Notes under the pieces: model-generated | What the model was told of the DNA's origin: nothing | Databases searched by the model: none | The model's input: the letters and a program-made list of their open reading frames with translations, nothing else | Part shown: one piece after another, positions 1 to 9,929 of the stretch | Layout of the letters: each line of letters starts with the position of its first letter | Position numbering within the stretch: position 1 is the first letter of the stretch | Origin: Candidatus Omnitrophota bacterium | GTDB lineage: Bacteria; Omnitrophota; Gorgyraeia; Zapsychrales; Zapsychraceae | Assembly: GCA_050250375.1 (NCBI GenBank) | Contig: JBFWOS010000001.1 | Coordinates: 702,361-766,360 of the forward strand | Direction of reading: 5' to 3' | Length of the DNA: 64,000 bases | Made by a program: the position numbers and the translations under genes

Positions 1-1391
1 CCGACCGGTTGATCTCGTTATCGTACTGCAGGACTGCCACCAGGTCCGGCGCGAATGTTGACGAACCGCTCAGGATGGCCGACGTCGCCAGGACAATGTC
101 GGTCCCCGGCGGGATCGTCCTGGAATCTTTGTCAATCAGCGCCACGCGGACATACGGGTAATACCGGTGGACCTCGCTTTCCAGTTTTTCAATCCCCATA
201 CCCATGGACCGCAGGTACGATCCTTTGCACTGCGGACAAATCGACGGCAAATCCATATGAAAATTGCAGCCGCGGCAGAGCATCGTTTTTTTTGAATACA
301 AATAAGAAAGGTTCGTGTTGCAGCGCGGGCATTTCACCATGTGCCCGCACTGGTTGCACTGGGTGAACGTGCTGAACCCTTTGCGGTTGAAATACAAAAG
401 CGCCTTGCCTTTCTGTTCAAAGACTTTCTGCAGGCTGTTTTGCAAAGGGAACGACAGGATGGATGACTTCTGCGGGTTGTAGTTGTTCATGTCAACCAGC
501 TGGAATTTCGCCGTCGCGGTGTCCGGATATTCTTTGACCGTCCACTGTTCCTGTTTGGCCGCGTGCCAGTGTTCAATATTGGGATTGGAACTGATAAGCT
601 TTAAGGAACATTGTTCGATCCCGGCCCTGATCTGCGCCACACGGTCGGCCCGGTAATGCGGGGACTGTTCTTCTTTGTACGCCTCGTTTTCAGCGTCCAG
701 GATAACAATCTGTCCGACGTTCGGGCACGGCGTGAACACGGCGGACCGGGTGCCGATCATCACGCACGGGGCGCGGCCGGTGATCTTCAGATGCTGCGCG
801 ACCTGTTCCTCCACCTTTAATTTTTTCTCGAGCAGGATCACCGGTACACTCACCAGATCCCGGATCCGCTTTCCGATTTGCCCGGCGTGGTCTTTTTCCG
901 GAGCCAATATAATGACGCTCCGGTTTTCCAGCGTAATCCGTTTAACCGATTCAATCAGATCCGGCCAGAATTGCCTGGACGACGCGTCAACCATCAGTTC
1001 TTTAACGGCCGGCGCTGACGCACGGGGCGCGGCCGGTTCAGCCTCCTCCAAATATTCAACCTTGCGGGCCTTGCGCATCGTCATGGGCAGCAGCCGTTCC
1101 AGGATTTCTCCCCAGGAACAGGCGTAATAGTCCGCGACCAGTTTGGTCCAGCGCAGCATCGGCTCCGTAATACCGGGCCGGCTGTCGAGGATGTCGATAA
1201 CCGGGTTTAACCGCTTGAATTCACTCTGCTCTTTGAATCCGACCACATACCCGGCCATCTTGCGGCCGTTAAATAATATTTTCACGCGCATACCGGTCTG
1301 GATGCGGCTGGTCTGGTCCGGCTGGATAAGATAATCAAAAGGGCCGTCAACGGGCAGGGCGACGACAACTAGGGCGATATTTTTTTTCATG
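1..1391 (-). CDS. priA: Primosomal protein N-prime (PriA), N-terminal ~460 aa; the 3-prime end runs off the window
   Basis: The minus-strand frame opens at the ATG at 1389-1391 and has no stop before position 1. The translation (MKKNIALVVVALPVDGPFDY...) includes the PriA Cys4 zinc-binding segment CNQCGHMVKCPRCNTNL...CRGCNFHMDLPSICPQCKGSYL. It is absent from the ORF track only because it lacks an in-window stop. Confidence 0.8.
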
Positions 1392-1412
1392 GCGTGGAGG
1401 TGTCAGGACCGG

Positions 1413-2480
1413 TTAATAAATGGATACGCCTTCGGCCGTTAAAACAACTTTATAGGGTCTTCCGTTAAAGAATTCTTTATGTGTGATCTTCTCGATTGCA
1501 TATTCCGCTTTTAAATTCCTTTCCAGCGCGATGGCCTTGGAAAAGGAAACAATATTCTCGTACGGCCTCGCGCAGACCACCGTCAACTCATAGTCCGCGA
1601 TCCCGCCGGGAGAGTATTCAAGCAACTGCTTATTGATCTTCGTAATCCTGTCTTTGACAGCCCTGGAGCTGTCCGTCAGATGAAGGACAAAGGCCGTTTT
1701 GGAATAGTCATTAAAACCCGTCAGAAAAATAGAATGTTTCGTGCCTGCTGCGAAAATGACCTGATTCAATTTCATGGTGTTGAAATTGTAGACGATCTCT
1801 TTTTCCGGTTCGACATTGATCACGCGGATGGCGTTTGCCTTCCCCGTCACGGTAGAAACCGTAAGGAGATATTCATTTTTACGGTTGGCGGCCGAAAGCC
1901 AAATCTCCTGCTGGTCTTCTTTATAAAAGGCCGAATCATAATCCATGGAAAACGTCCGGCTGAGGTCGGCCAGCCGCGTCACCTCCCCGCGGTGCGGATC
2001 TATCCGGATGGTCTTTGAATTGGCATTTTTGTTCTGGGCCAGAGCGATGAGCGAACCCGACGGTTCATCGTAATACATCGCGTTGACCTTGAATTCGAGG
2101 GACGATTTATAGAGAATTTCGCCGCTGTCCAGGCTCAGGACATATAATATGGATTGGTTATCGGATGTTGTGGTGAAAAAATACCGGCGGTTATACGGGT
2201 CAATCGCCGACGTGGATTTGCTCAGGTCTTCCAGATTGAACAAATTGGTAATGCTGAAGACTTCATTAAAATACCCGTTAAACTGGACATACTTGTAATA
2301 GTTTCCCTTTTTGACCAGGGCAAAAAACCTGTTCTGCCCGGGGTCTTCCTCCAGCAGTAAAAATTCGTCGTTTTGATACACATCAACTTCATCCTCGGTA
2401 AAGTCACCATAAGACCCGGCCGGCCACCCGATGATCAGCGTGATTAAAACAACCCATTTTATAAGATGCCGTTTGGCCAT
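1413..2480 (-). CDS. Hypothetical secreted protein (N-terminal signal peptide, no recognisable domain)
   Basis: 355-aa ORF. N-terminus MAKRHLIKWVVLITLIIGWPAGSYG is signal-peptide-like. It fits tightly between priA and the GT28 gene. Confidence 0.55.
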   Translation of the reverse strand: MAKRHLIKWVVLITLIIGWPAGSYGDFTEDEVDVYQNDEFLLLEEDPGQNRFFALVKKGNYYKYVQFNGYFNEVFSITNLFNLEDLSKSTSAIDPYNRRYFFTTTSDNQSILYVLSLDSGEILYKSSLEFKVNAMYYDEPSGSLIALAQNKNANSKTIRIDPHRGEVTRLADLSRTFSMDYDSAFYKEDQQEIWLSAANRKNEYLLTVSTVTGKANAIRVINVEPEKEIVYNFNTMKLNQVIFAAGTKHSIFLTGFNDYSKTAFVLHLTDSSRAVKDRITKINKQLLEYSPGGIADYELTVVCARPYENIVSFSKAIALERNLKAEYAIEKITHKEFFNGRPYKVVLTAEGVSIY

Positions 2481-2488
2481 AGAACTCC

Positions 2489-3574
2489 TTAGCGGATGTA
2501 CGCAATGATATCATTCACCGCTCCGGGTTTGCATAACGCTTTTGTCTTTTCCTTCATTTCCTGCAGTTTAACCGCCGACAATCTTATTTCCCTGAGCTTC
2601 CTGGCGATTTCACCGATGGTGCAGTCGCTGATCCCGATGTCATACTCTTTCAGAACTTTAATATTGTTGGTCTCCTGCCCGGGGATCGCGTTAAAAAAGA
2701 TTAACGGCAGGCGGCTGACCAGGGCCTCTGTGATCGACAGCCCGCCGGGTTTGGTCACCATCACGTCCGACACCGCCATCAGTTCATGCATGTTATCCAC
2801 CAGCCCCAGGATCTTCACCTGTTTATTCTGGCCGCCGGACAGCCGCCGGTACAGGTTCTGGTTGTGCCCGCAGATAACAATGATCTGAAAATCATTGAGC
2901 GCCTCGATCATTTCCTCAATCGGCCCGATCCCGAAAGAACCGGTCGCGATTAATATTGTAAACAGGTTTTGGTCCAATGCCAGTTTATTTTTGAGCTCCG
3001 TCAGATCATACGTCTGTGAAAACCGTTTATGCGAAGGGATCCCGGTCACCGATATTTTCGCCGGGTCAACCCCGAGTTTCTTGACTTTCTCCTGTGTCCA
3101 GCCGCACGCCACGCAATAACGGTCAACGGCATCCCCCAGCCAGATCCGGTGCACGTCATAATCGGTCACGCAGGAAATAAGGGTTGACTTGATCAGGTTC
3201 CGCTTCTTCAAAGATGACACAACTTCGTTCGGCATGAAATGGGTGGAGATAATAAAATCAAATTGATTGTCGATAAGAAAACGGTGCAGTTTTTGTGTGT
3301 TGAGGCCGTTCTGAATACGGCGGAGGACCCTGACCAGCGGCTGCAGCCACGGGATATCCACTAGGCGGAAGAAAATCCCCCAGACCAGCGGCCAGCGGGT
3401 GATCAAAAACGTGTAACTGCCCTTGTACATACCTTTGAACCACGGCGTCGCGTAATCCAGGGCGTCGATAAAAACGACTTCATGGGACGTGGTTGCCTGC
3501 AGCTCATCCCGGACGGCCTCGGCCGCCTTTTGGTGTCCCCCTCCCGCAGAAGCATGTATGAGTAAAATTTTCAT
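2489..3574 (-). CDS. Glycosyltransferase family 28, MGDG-synthase/UgtP-like (diacylglycerol glycosyltransferase family)
   Basis: N-terminus MKILLIHASAGGGHQKAAEAVRDEL is typical of the MGDG-synthase N-domain. The C-terminal half is GT28-like (GHNQ...KPGG...E). Confidence 0.7.
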   Translation of the reverse strand: MKILLIHASAGGGHQKAAEAVRDELQATTSHEVVFIDALDYATPWFKGMYKGSYTFLITRWPLVWGIFFRLVDIPWLQPLVRVLRRIQNGLNTQKLHRFLIDNQFDFIISTHFMPNEVVSSLKKRNLIKSTLISCVTDYDVHRIWLGDAVDRYCVACGWTQEKVKKLGVDPAKISVTGIPSHKRFSQTYDLTELKNKLALDQNLFTILIATGSFGIGPIEEMIEALNDFQIIVICGHNQNLYRRLSGGQNKQVKILGLVDNMHELMAVSDVMVTKPGGLSITEALVSRLPLIFFNAIPGQETNNIKVLKEYDIGISDCTIGEIARKLREIRLSAVKLQEMKEKTKALCKPGAVNDIIAYIR

Positions 3575-3610
3575 GGTCTTAAGGCCGGGCTGCCCGTCAA
3601 ATCCTTCGGG

Positions 3611-4219
3611 CTACACACTTTTTTTAGCGGTTACGGTTTTTCTGGGAGATGTCCGTCGGGTTTCGGAATGACCGTTGATCATGATCTTGGCCGCGGCCAG
3701 CAGATTCCTGGCGACAAAGTCCGGCTTGATCTTTTTTTCGCGCAGCCGTCCGGTGTCACTGCGTCCGGACAAGACAAAAATAGTCTTGCAGCCGGCGTTG
3801 CGGCCGGTGGCCATGTCCGTCACGGTGTCCCCGACAAAAAAGGCATTATTGGCGATCTGCATATCTTTTCTCAGCAACTTTACGGCCTTGCGGATGGACC
3901 CGATATTCGGTTTGCGGTCTTGACAATCCGAATCGGACCGGGCCGTGCTGTAATAAACCTCCCGGATGACGCCTCCCGCCTTGTTCACTTCCCTCAGCAT
4001 CTTGTTGGTGATCTGGTCGAGTTTCTTCTGGGTGAATATGCCTTTGCCGACCCCGGCCTGGTTGGAGACCACAAAGATGGTAAACCCGTCTTCGGTCAGC
4101 ATCCGGATCGCCTCGAGCGAACCGCGGATGAACTGGAAATTCTTGACCTTGGTGACATACTTCCCGTTGCCCGGAAATTTATTGATGACCCCGTCTCTGT
4201 CTAAAAATGCGATTTTCAT
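3611..4219 (-). CDS. gmhB: D-glycero-D-manno-heptose 1,7-bisphosphate 7-phosphatase (HAD family)
   Basis: FLDRDGVIN and DRKPNIG HAD motifs, about 200 aa. Collinear with E. coli GmhB. 4-nt overlap with the downstream GT2 gene. Confidence 0.8.
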   Translation of the reverse strand: MKIAFLDRDGVINKFPGNGKYVTKVKNFQFIRGSLEAIRMLTEDGFTIFVVSNQAGVGKGIFTQKKLDQITNKMLREVNKAGGVIREVYYSTARSDSDCQDRKPNIGSIRKAVKLLRKDMQIANNAFFVGDTVTDMATGRNAGCKTIFVLSGRSDTGRLREKKIKPDFVARNLLAAAKIMINGHSETRRTSPRKTVTAKKSV

Positions 4220-4980
4220 TTGGTTCGGTTATTTTTTTTCATTTCCCAATATTTGGCGTAACTCATAATTTGATACAAGGAGGCAAAATAGGCCACCATA
4301 AAACCGATAAACCCATCTTTATAGGCCTTCTTCCTGAAAAAGGTGCGCGTGAAGCGGTCGAACGCGCGCCACAAGGCCTTTCCTAATTTCACTTCACGGC
4401 CCGACTTGATCCATTTGGTCGCCTCCAGCGTCGTCTGACCGTTGAGTTTGGCCAGAAAATGGCTGAAGTCGCGGTAGCTGTAATGAATCATGTCCTTGGA
4501 CAGATGACCGTTTTTCCCGTCGAGTGAAGCGCCGGGATGGACCTCGGCCTCTTCATATTTGAACTTGTCCTTCAAAAACAGGCGCGCCTGGGCCGCCGGG
4601 TATTGTCCGCCCCATTTCACCCAGTAATCGCCGATATAATTCCGGCGCGGGATGGAATACGCCTGGCAGTCCGCCGTGGGCAGGACGGCATCGATCTCAT
4701 CACGCAGTTCAGGCGTGACCCGCTCGTCCGCGTCCAGGCTTAAAACCCAGTTATTTTTAGATTGGGCATAGGCCCAGTTGCGGTGCGCCCCTTCGACGTT
4801 CATCCGGCGCACAAAAAACCGGTCGGTAAATTTCCGGACGATCTGTTCTGTGCCGTCGGTGCTTTCATCATCCACCACAATGATTTCATCCGCCCAGCCG
4901 TGCACGCTTTTCAGGCATTCGTCAATCCGCTGTTCTTCATTTTTGGTAATCACAACAACTGTCACAGGTATCTTGCTCAT
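4216..4980 (-). CDS. Family 2 glycosyltransferase (LPS core/O-chain type)
   Basis: VVVITKNEE...DDESTDGT...LSLDADE is the GT-A DXD architecture. Confidence 0.8.
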   Translation of the reverse strand: MSKIPVTVVVITKNEEQRIDECLKSVHGWADEIIVVDDESTDGTEQIVRKFTDRFFVRRMNVEGAHRNWAYAQSKNNWVLSLDADERVTPELRDEIDAVLPTADCQAYSIPRRNYIGDYWVKWGGQYPAAQARLFLKDKFKYEEAEVHPGASLDGKNGHLSKDMIHYSYRDFSHFLAKLNGQTTLEATKWIKSGREVKLGKALWRAFDRFTRTFFRKKAYKDGFIGFMVAYFASLYQIMSYAKYWEMKKNNRTK

Positions 4981-4989
4981 GCGGCGGCC

Positions 4990-6090
4990 TTACACAAACC
5001 TTTTTAACGTGTCACACACCATATCGATATCATCCCGGGTCATGTGCGGATACATCGGGAGTGACAGGATTTCATTGGCTATCTTTTCCGAGACCGGCAG
5101 GTCGCCCGTCTTATAACCCGCGTCCTGATACGCCTCCTGCAGATGCACGGGGATCGGATAATGGATCAGCACGGCGATCTTGTTGGCCAGCATCTGTTCG
5201 ACGACTTCATCCCGCTTCGGGACCCTGACGGCGTAGGTCTGGAAAACATGCGTCCGGTCCTTCAGGACATTCGGCGTAATCACACTCTTGCATTCGGCCA
5301 GCTGTTCGTTGTAATACGCCGCGTTGTCCGCGCGCATACGGTTCCACTGGTCCAGATGTTTTAATTTCGCCGACAAGACAACCGCCTGGACGGTATCCAG
5401 GCGTGAATTATATCCCTTGATCTTATGGTCGTAACGGTTCTTGCGCCCGTAATCCCTTAACATAAAGATCTTGTCAAAAATCTCCTTGCTGCTGGTGACA
5501 ATCATACCCCCGTCGCCGAACGCGCCCAGGCTTTTGGTCGGATAAAAACTGAAACACGCGACATCCCCCAATGATCCGACCTTTTGGCCGTTATAGGCCG
5601 CTCCATGCGATTGGGCGGCGTCCTCAATCACGGCGATGTTATGGTCGCGGCAGATCGCGCTGATCTCGTCCATGTTTGCCGGCTGTCCGTACAGATGGAC
5701 AACGATCACCGCCTTGGTCCTGGGCGTAATCGCCTGTTTAAACTTGACCGGGTCGATATTGTACGTCTCCTCTTCAATATCGACAAAAACAGGAGTTGCC
5801 CCGGCATACGACACGCACAAGGCGGTCGCGATAAATGTGTATGAAGGCAGGATCACTTCATCCCCCACGGTGATATCCAGAGCCGCGATCGCCAGATAAA
5901 GCGCGTCGGTGCCTGAATTGACCCCGACCGCGTATTTCGCCTGGCAGTATTTGGCAAAGGCGACTTCAAAGTCCTTCTCTTCATCGCCGAGGATAAAATT
6001 CCCTTTTTCAAAAACTTTTTTTAGACCAATATCGATTTCATCCCTGATGAGTTCGTATTGTTGTGAAAAATCGATAAATTTGACGCTCAT
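4990..6090 (-). CDS. DegT/DnrJ/EryC1/StrS-family PLP sugar aminotransferase
   Basis: Catalytic lysine motif FSFYPTKSLGAFGDGG. Length and overall layout are typical of the family. Confidence 0.85.
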   Translation of the reverse strand: MSVKFIDFSQQYELIRDEIDIGLKKVFEKGNFILGDEEKDFEVAFAKYCQAKYAVGVNSGTDALYLAIAALDITVGDEVILPSYTFIATALCVSYAGATPVFVDIEEETYNIDPVKFKQAITPRTKAVIVVHLYGQPANMDEISAICRDHNIAVIEDAAQSHGAAYNGQKVGSLGDVACFSFYPTKSLGAFGDGGMIVTSSKEIFDKIFMLRDYGRKNRYDHKIKGYNSRLDTVQAVVLSAKLKHLDQWNRMRADNAAYYNEQLAECKSVITPNVLKDRTHVFQTYAVRVPKRDEVVEQMLANKIAVLIHYPIPVHLQEAYQDAGYKTGDLPVSEKIANEILSLPMYPHMTRDDIDMVCDTLKRFV

Positions 6091-7169
6091 AAGATTAACC
6101 CTACTTTGTTAAAGACTTCATCCACGGTGATTTCACTGAGACAACTCAGATGGGAACAATCGGTCATCCGGAACTTTCGGTAACACGGACGGCAGGCGAT
6201 GCCGGAAACCACGACGAAATGTTTTTTCTGGTTCGGCCACGGACCGTAAACGTTGTGGTCCACCGGCCCGAACATCGACACCGTGTTGGTCCCGGCCGCA
6301 ACCGCCATGTGCAGGGGACCGCCGTCATTGCAGACAACACCACGGCACCTGTTGAGGAGAGCCAATGACTGTCCTAAACTGGTCTGACCGAATGATTTAT
6401 ATACATTAGGGCACTGCCGGACAATTTCGGTGCAAAGTGTTTCCTCTGATTTGTCACCCATCAGTATAATCTGCACAGAGGATTTTTCAACGATTTTGTG
6501 GATTAATTTGATGTAATTTTCCTGCCCCCAGCGCTTGGAACCCGCGGATTTTCCCCAGCTGGAACCGCCTCCCGGAAATATCCCCAGCACCGGTTGGTCG
6601 GTCGATATTTTGTTTGATTTTAAAAACTGTGCGGCCCAGTCGCGGTGTTCCGGGGTGATGGTGATCTCTAGTTCACGTTGGATCGTTTCCACTCCGCAGT
6701 CAGACAGCAGGTCCAGGTAATATTGAACGACATGTTTGTCCTGAAAACCGGTCAGTTTGATTTTCTCAGTCAGAAACCGGGACCTGTTTTTATAATTAAA
6801 CCCGATCCGGGTCCTGATCCCGACCAGACTGGAGATCACGTTAAACATCTGGTTCATGGAAAAATCAAACAGGACATCGTATTGTTCCGCTTTGATCGTG
6901 CGGACAAAGCCGGAAAATTTTTTCAAGAATTCCCTTTTGGATTGTTTCCTGACGGCCTCAAATTCATCGCGTTCGTAGATATGGACTTTGCGGATCAGTG
7001 AGTGGTCTTCCAAGAGCGGGGCAACGCGTTTGTTCGCCATGTAATCGATGGCCGCGCCGGGAAAGTGATGGCGCAGGTTACTGACCAGCGGGGTCGTGAA
7101 CAGCACATCCCCGATGCCGAATATGTTGACGATCAAGATCCGCGAAGGATTCAGTTTCTTCAGGTTCAT
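6087..7169 (-). CDS. Family 9 glycosyltransferase (ADP-heptose:LPS heptosyltransferase family)
   Basis: N-terminus ILIVNIFGIGDVLFTTP and C-terminus GVVCNDGGPLHMA are GT9 heptosyltransferase signatures. Confidence 0.8.
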   Translation of the reverse strand: MNLKKLNPSRILIVNIFGIGDVLFTTPLVSNLRHHFPGAAIDYMANKRVAPLLEDHSLIRKVHIYERDEFEAVRKQSKREFLKKFSGFVRTIKAEQYDVLFDFSMNQMFNVISSLVGIRTRIGFNYKNRSRFLTEKIKLTGFQDKHVVQYYLDLLSDCGVETIQRELEITITPEHRDWAAQFLKSNKISTDQPVLGIFPGGGSSWGKSAGSKRWGQENYIKLIHKIVEKSSVQIILMGDKSEETLCTEIVRQCPNVYKSFGQTSLGQSLALLNRCRGVVCNDGGPLHMAVAAGTNTVSMFGPVDHNVYGPWPNQKKHFVVVSGIACRPCYRKFRMTDCSHLSCLSEITVDEVFNKVGLIL

Positions 7170-7215
7170 GGTAGGATTGTAACACCAGGGCCGGACATTT
7201 GTCGATCAGTGAATG

Positions 7216-7269
7216 AAAAAGGTGACGGACACCGTTTTTATATTGAAAAACGGTGTCCGTCACCTTTTT
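7216..7269 (-). terminator. Rho-independent terminator, bidirectional-capable hairpin
   Basis: Perfect inverted repeat AAAAAGGTGACGGACACCGTTTTT-atattg-AAAAACGGTGTCCGTCACCTTTTT. It lies directly after the methyltransferase stop at 7272 and is flanked by U-runs on the transcribed strand. Confidence 0.75.
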
Positions 7270-7271
7270 CT

Positions 7272-8351
7272 TTATTTCCTCACAATGTAATAATAATTGA
7301 GCGGATCGTGGTCCAGTTCCTTGATGTCGACCGAAGTAAACCCCGCTTCCTTCATCAGCGTCGTGGCCAGTTCCTTCCCCCACATGGCCCCGAGCCCTTC
7401 TCCGCCCTGGGCCAAAGACACACTCATGCAATGCGTGCAGGAAATGGTGTAAATGAACGGGGCCAGCGGATGGTCCAGGTTCTTTTCCACGTGGCTGGAC
7501 CCTTTGATGTCCTGGCAGAAATACGTGCCGTCTGGTTTAAGCGCGCGGTGGATGTTGGCGAGCATCTTGCGCGGTTTGGCCTGGTCGTGCACCGAATCAA
7601 AAGTGAAAATGACGTCGAACGTTTCTTTGTCATTAAACGCGGCGGCGTCCTGGACGGCAAAATCGATATTGCGTAATCCTTCCTCATGCGCCGCGGCCCT
7701 GGCTTTGGCAACAGCCTCGGCCGAAAAGTCGTAACCGGTAAACCGGCTTCTGGGGAAAGCCCGGGCCATCGCGATGAGCGCGCGCCCGCTGCCACAGCCG
7801 ACATCCAGCACCCGGATGCCTGACTCCAGCTGTTCCTTGAGACCATCGACCAACGGAAGGAGTTTTTCAACCAGCGGCGACACCACGGACTGATAACTTT
7901 CTTCGGCCATGACCTCGTGAAAACGGTTGTATTCCTCGTAACGCAGTCCGCCGCCTTTCTGAAAACTCTCCACGATGCGGTCCTCGACGTACGCCATGAC
8001 ATGGATCCACTGCGCGGTCACCGCGATGTTGTTGGGCGCGTTCCCGCGCGTCAGCCACGCCGCGTGCTCCGCCGGCAGGACGTACGTCTTCTTGACGGGA
8101 TCGTAATCCACGATGCGGCCCGTGACCATGGCCCCGAGCCATTCCCGCACATAACGCTCCTGAAGCCCGGCGGCATCGGCGATCTGTTGACTGGTAGACG
8201 GCGTAAGTTTCGCCATCGTGTCAAAGAGCCCGGTGCGGTAACCGATGCTGATCATCAGCCCCACGGCGCTCTGGTTGAGGATGCCGACACAGCGTTCGGC
8301 AAACGCGTCTTTTTTGGATGGATCGATTACGACTTGACAACTGTTACACAT
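7272..8351 (-). CDS. Class I SAM-dependent methyltransferase with an N-terminal winged-helix dimerisation domain
   Basis: VLDVGCGSG motif. AAGGAG lies 6 nt upstream of the ATG of MCNSCQ..., so the track N-terminal extension up to 8435 is 5-prime UTR. GC-rich relative to its neighbours. Confidence 0.8.
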   Translation of the reverse strand: MCNSCQVVIDPSKKDAFAERCVGILNQSAVGLMISIGYRTGLFDTMAKLTPSTSQQIADAAGLQERYVREWLGAMVTGRIVDYDPVKKTYVLPAEHAAWLTRGNAPNNIAVTAQWIHVMAYVEDRIVESFQKGGGLRYEEYNRFHEVMAEESYQSVVSPLVEKLLPLVDGLKEQLESGIRVLDVGCGSGRALIAMARAFPRSRFTGYDFSAEAVAKARAAAHEEGLRNIDFAVQDAAAFNDKETFDVIFTFDSVHDQAKPRKMLANIHRALKPDGTYFCQDIKGSSHVEKNLDHPLAPFIYTISCTHCMSVSLAQGGEGLGAMWGKELATTLMKEAGFTSVDIKELDHDPLNYYYIVRK

Positions 8352-8501
8352 AACATGCTCCTTTCTCAGGCGCGGCCCCGCTTCCGGGACGGCCCTAATT
8401 CCGTTTGTGGTTATCGGTTTGTTCCTGAAAAACATACAGGGTGTTTAAGGTTAAGATGGTGAATAATTCGGTCATGGTTTTCCTCCGTTTATCGTTTGAA
8501 T

Positions 8502-8657
8502 CTAAACTTCAATCCAATGGGTTCCGGGCATAGGCGCTGCAGACTTAAAAAGGTCTGCGGTGATCTCCACCCCGGGAAATTTTTCCGCCACCAGGTCATT
8601 AAAAGCGTCGATGTCAAAATAGGTTTTGTCTTCAATCCGGTAAAATATACGTTTCAT
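8502..8657 (-). CDS. Small hypothetical protein of 51 aa (start chosen at the internal Met with a GAGGAA SD)
   Basis: The track ORF 8502..8726 contains the TetR-type operator palindrome in its 5-prime part, so I chose the downstream start MKRIFYRIEDK. Confidence 0.3.
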   Translation of the reverse strand: MKRIFYRIEDKTYFDIDAFNDLVAEKFPGVEITADLFKSAAPMPGTHWIEV

Positions 8658-8674
8658 CAGAATTTCCTCAAAAA

Positions 8675-8690
8675 GACCGACCAGTCGGTC
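8675..8690 (-). promoter_or_regulatory. TetR-type operator palindrome GACCGAC-CA-GTCGGTC, copy 2, downstream of tetR and upstream of the small ORF and methyltransferase
   Basis: 16-bp perfect palindrome. A near-identical copy sits in the tetR promoter at 9320-9334. Confidence 0.5.
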
Positions 8691-8709
8691 ACAACTGCCC
8701 AAAAAAATT

Positions 8710-9306
8710 TTATCCCTTTTCTCCAATCAATGGCCGGATCGCCCTGGCCGCCTGGTCATACGGCCACGGGTCCTGATAAATCTCCGCATTGGTTAGCGCC
8801 CCGATCTGGATCAACAGGTACTGGTCCGCGACAAAATCCGGGTCAAGTTCCTTGTATTTCGGGTCGGATTCGATCAGGTCGCGCACCATTTCCCTGATCA
8901 CACCGCGGTAGACCTCATAGTGGTGTTTGGCCTCCTTGCGGATAGGGCTTTTGCCGTCCGTGACCTCGGCCGCCATGTTCGAAAACGCGCACCCGCGGTA
9001 CTCCGTCGAGACCATCCAGTCCCGCATGATCGTGTTGAACCCGATGTACTTCTGGTAAGGGTCCTTGATCCGGCCGACCATTTCCCGCAGTTCATACATC
9101 TCTCTGGCGTGGCGGTTGCGCATGTACGCGGCGCCCAGTTCGTCTTTGGTGGCAAAATGGGTATAAAACGTCCCCTTGGACACCCCGGCCTCATCGATGA
9201 TCTGCTGGATGCCGGTGGCGTTGTAACCCTGCCGGTAAAAAAGGTCGGTGGCGGCTTCGAGGATCCTGTCTTTGGCTGTTCCTTTTATTTGGCTTGTCTT
9301 GTTCAT
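8710..9306 (-). CDS. TetR/AcrR-family transcriptional regulator
   Basis: N-terminal HTH ILEAATDLFYRQGYNATGIQQIIDEAGVSKGTFYTHF. 198 aa. Confidence 0.85.
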   Translation of the reverse strand: MNKTSQIKGTAKDRILEAATDLFYRQGYNATGIQQIIDEAGVSKGTFYTHFATKDELGAAYMRNRHAREMYELREMVGRIKDPYQKYIGFNTIMRDWMVSTEYRGCAFSNMAAEVTDGKSPIRKEAKHHYEVYRGVIREMVRDLIESDPKYKELDPDFVADQYLLIQIGALTNAEIYQDPWPYDQAARAIRPLIGEKG

Positions 9307-9309
9307 GCT

Positions 9310-9346
9310 CTAAATATACGACCGACTGGTCGGTTTGTCAAGGGGT
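9310..9346 (-). promoter_or_regulatory. Sigma70-like promoter (TTGACA-17-TATATT) whose spacer holds the palindrome ACCGAC-tg-GTCGGT; predicted autoregulated, near-leaderless tetR promoter
   Basis: Read on the minus strand: cTTGACAaaccgaccagtcggtcgTATATTtagagcATG. Confidence 0.55.
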
Positions 9347-9435
9347 ATTTTAAAAAACTTTGCGGGAGGCGCGGGACAGGACGTTTGTCGAACATGGATA
9401 ATGACCAACTGCCCTCTACCTTACCTTTTCCACAT

Positions 9436-9906
9436 CTATTTTTTCTTTATCCTCAAATGTTCCTCGGGACCAAATCTGTTAAAAATAGAATGATAAATAA
9501 CGCTTCCTGGCAATCGCCATTCATTATAAGGATAACCGTCTTTCCCAATCTTTGAAATTTTTGGTTCTCCAAATTCCTTTTCAAAATAGTCGTTGAATTC
9601 TTTAAATGATTTATCTAGATCAATATAAGAAGACCGAAAGAATTCCAACTCTTTTAGAAGGCCCTTTCTTCTTGGCTCAAAATGAAATCCTAAATTATGT
9701 TTAAGTCCACCCAATGATTCGCAATAACTTTTGGCATAATAACCTTCAGTGACATGATTAAGCGTCACTTTATTATTTTCAAATATTTCAACAAACAGAT
9801 CTTCTTTAATATTCCAAGGAATAAATAAACTTGGCTTATCTATCTGAAATCCATTTCTTATATCCATAACAACCTTAAAAGAGAAGGGGATTTGTGCCGG
9901 CCACAA
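9436..9906 (-). CDS. Hypothetical protein (AT-rich, no recognisable domain)
   Basis: 156-aa ORF in a low-GC segment. Confidence 0.45.
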   Translation of the reverse strand: MWPAQIPFSFKVVMDIRNGFQIDKPSLFIPWNIKEDLFVEIFENNKVTLNHVTEGYYAKSYCESLGGLKHNLGFHFEPRRKGLLKELEFFRSSYIDLDKSFKEFNDYFEKEFGEPKISKIGKDGYPYNEWRLPGSVIYHSIFNRFGPEEHLRIKKK

Positions 9907-9929
9907 AAAAACGTGCCAGTTTGTGCCAG

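Noticed and set aside
55-1334. Plus-strand ORFs 55..366, 611..820, 675..1127 and 1143..1334.
   Set aside because: All lie antisense to the open priA reading frame, whose translation carries unmistakable PriA motifs.
6678-8462. Long plus-strand ORFs (7002..7676, 7917..8462, 7453..7734) and minus alternative-frame ORFs (7078..7431, 7424..8002, 7867..8142) around the methyltransferase.
   Set aside because: They overlap well-supported minus-strand genes in other frames and have no RBS or homology. They are stop-codon-poor antisense or off-frame ORFs expected in a GC-rich segment.
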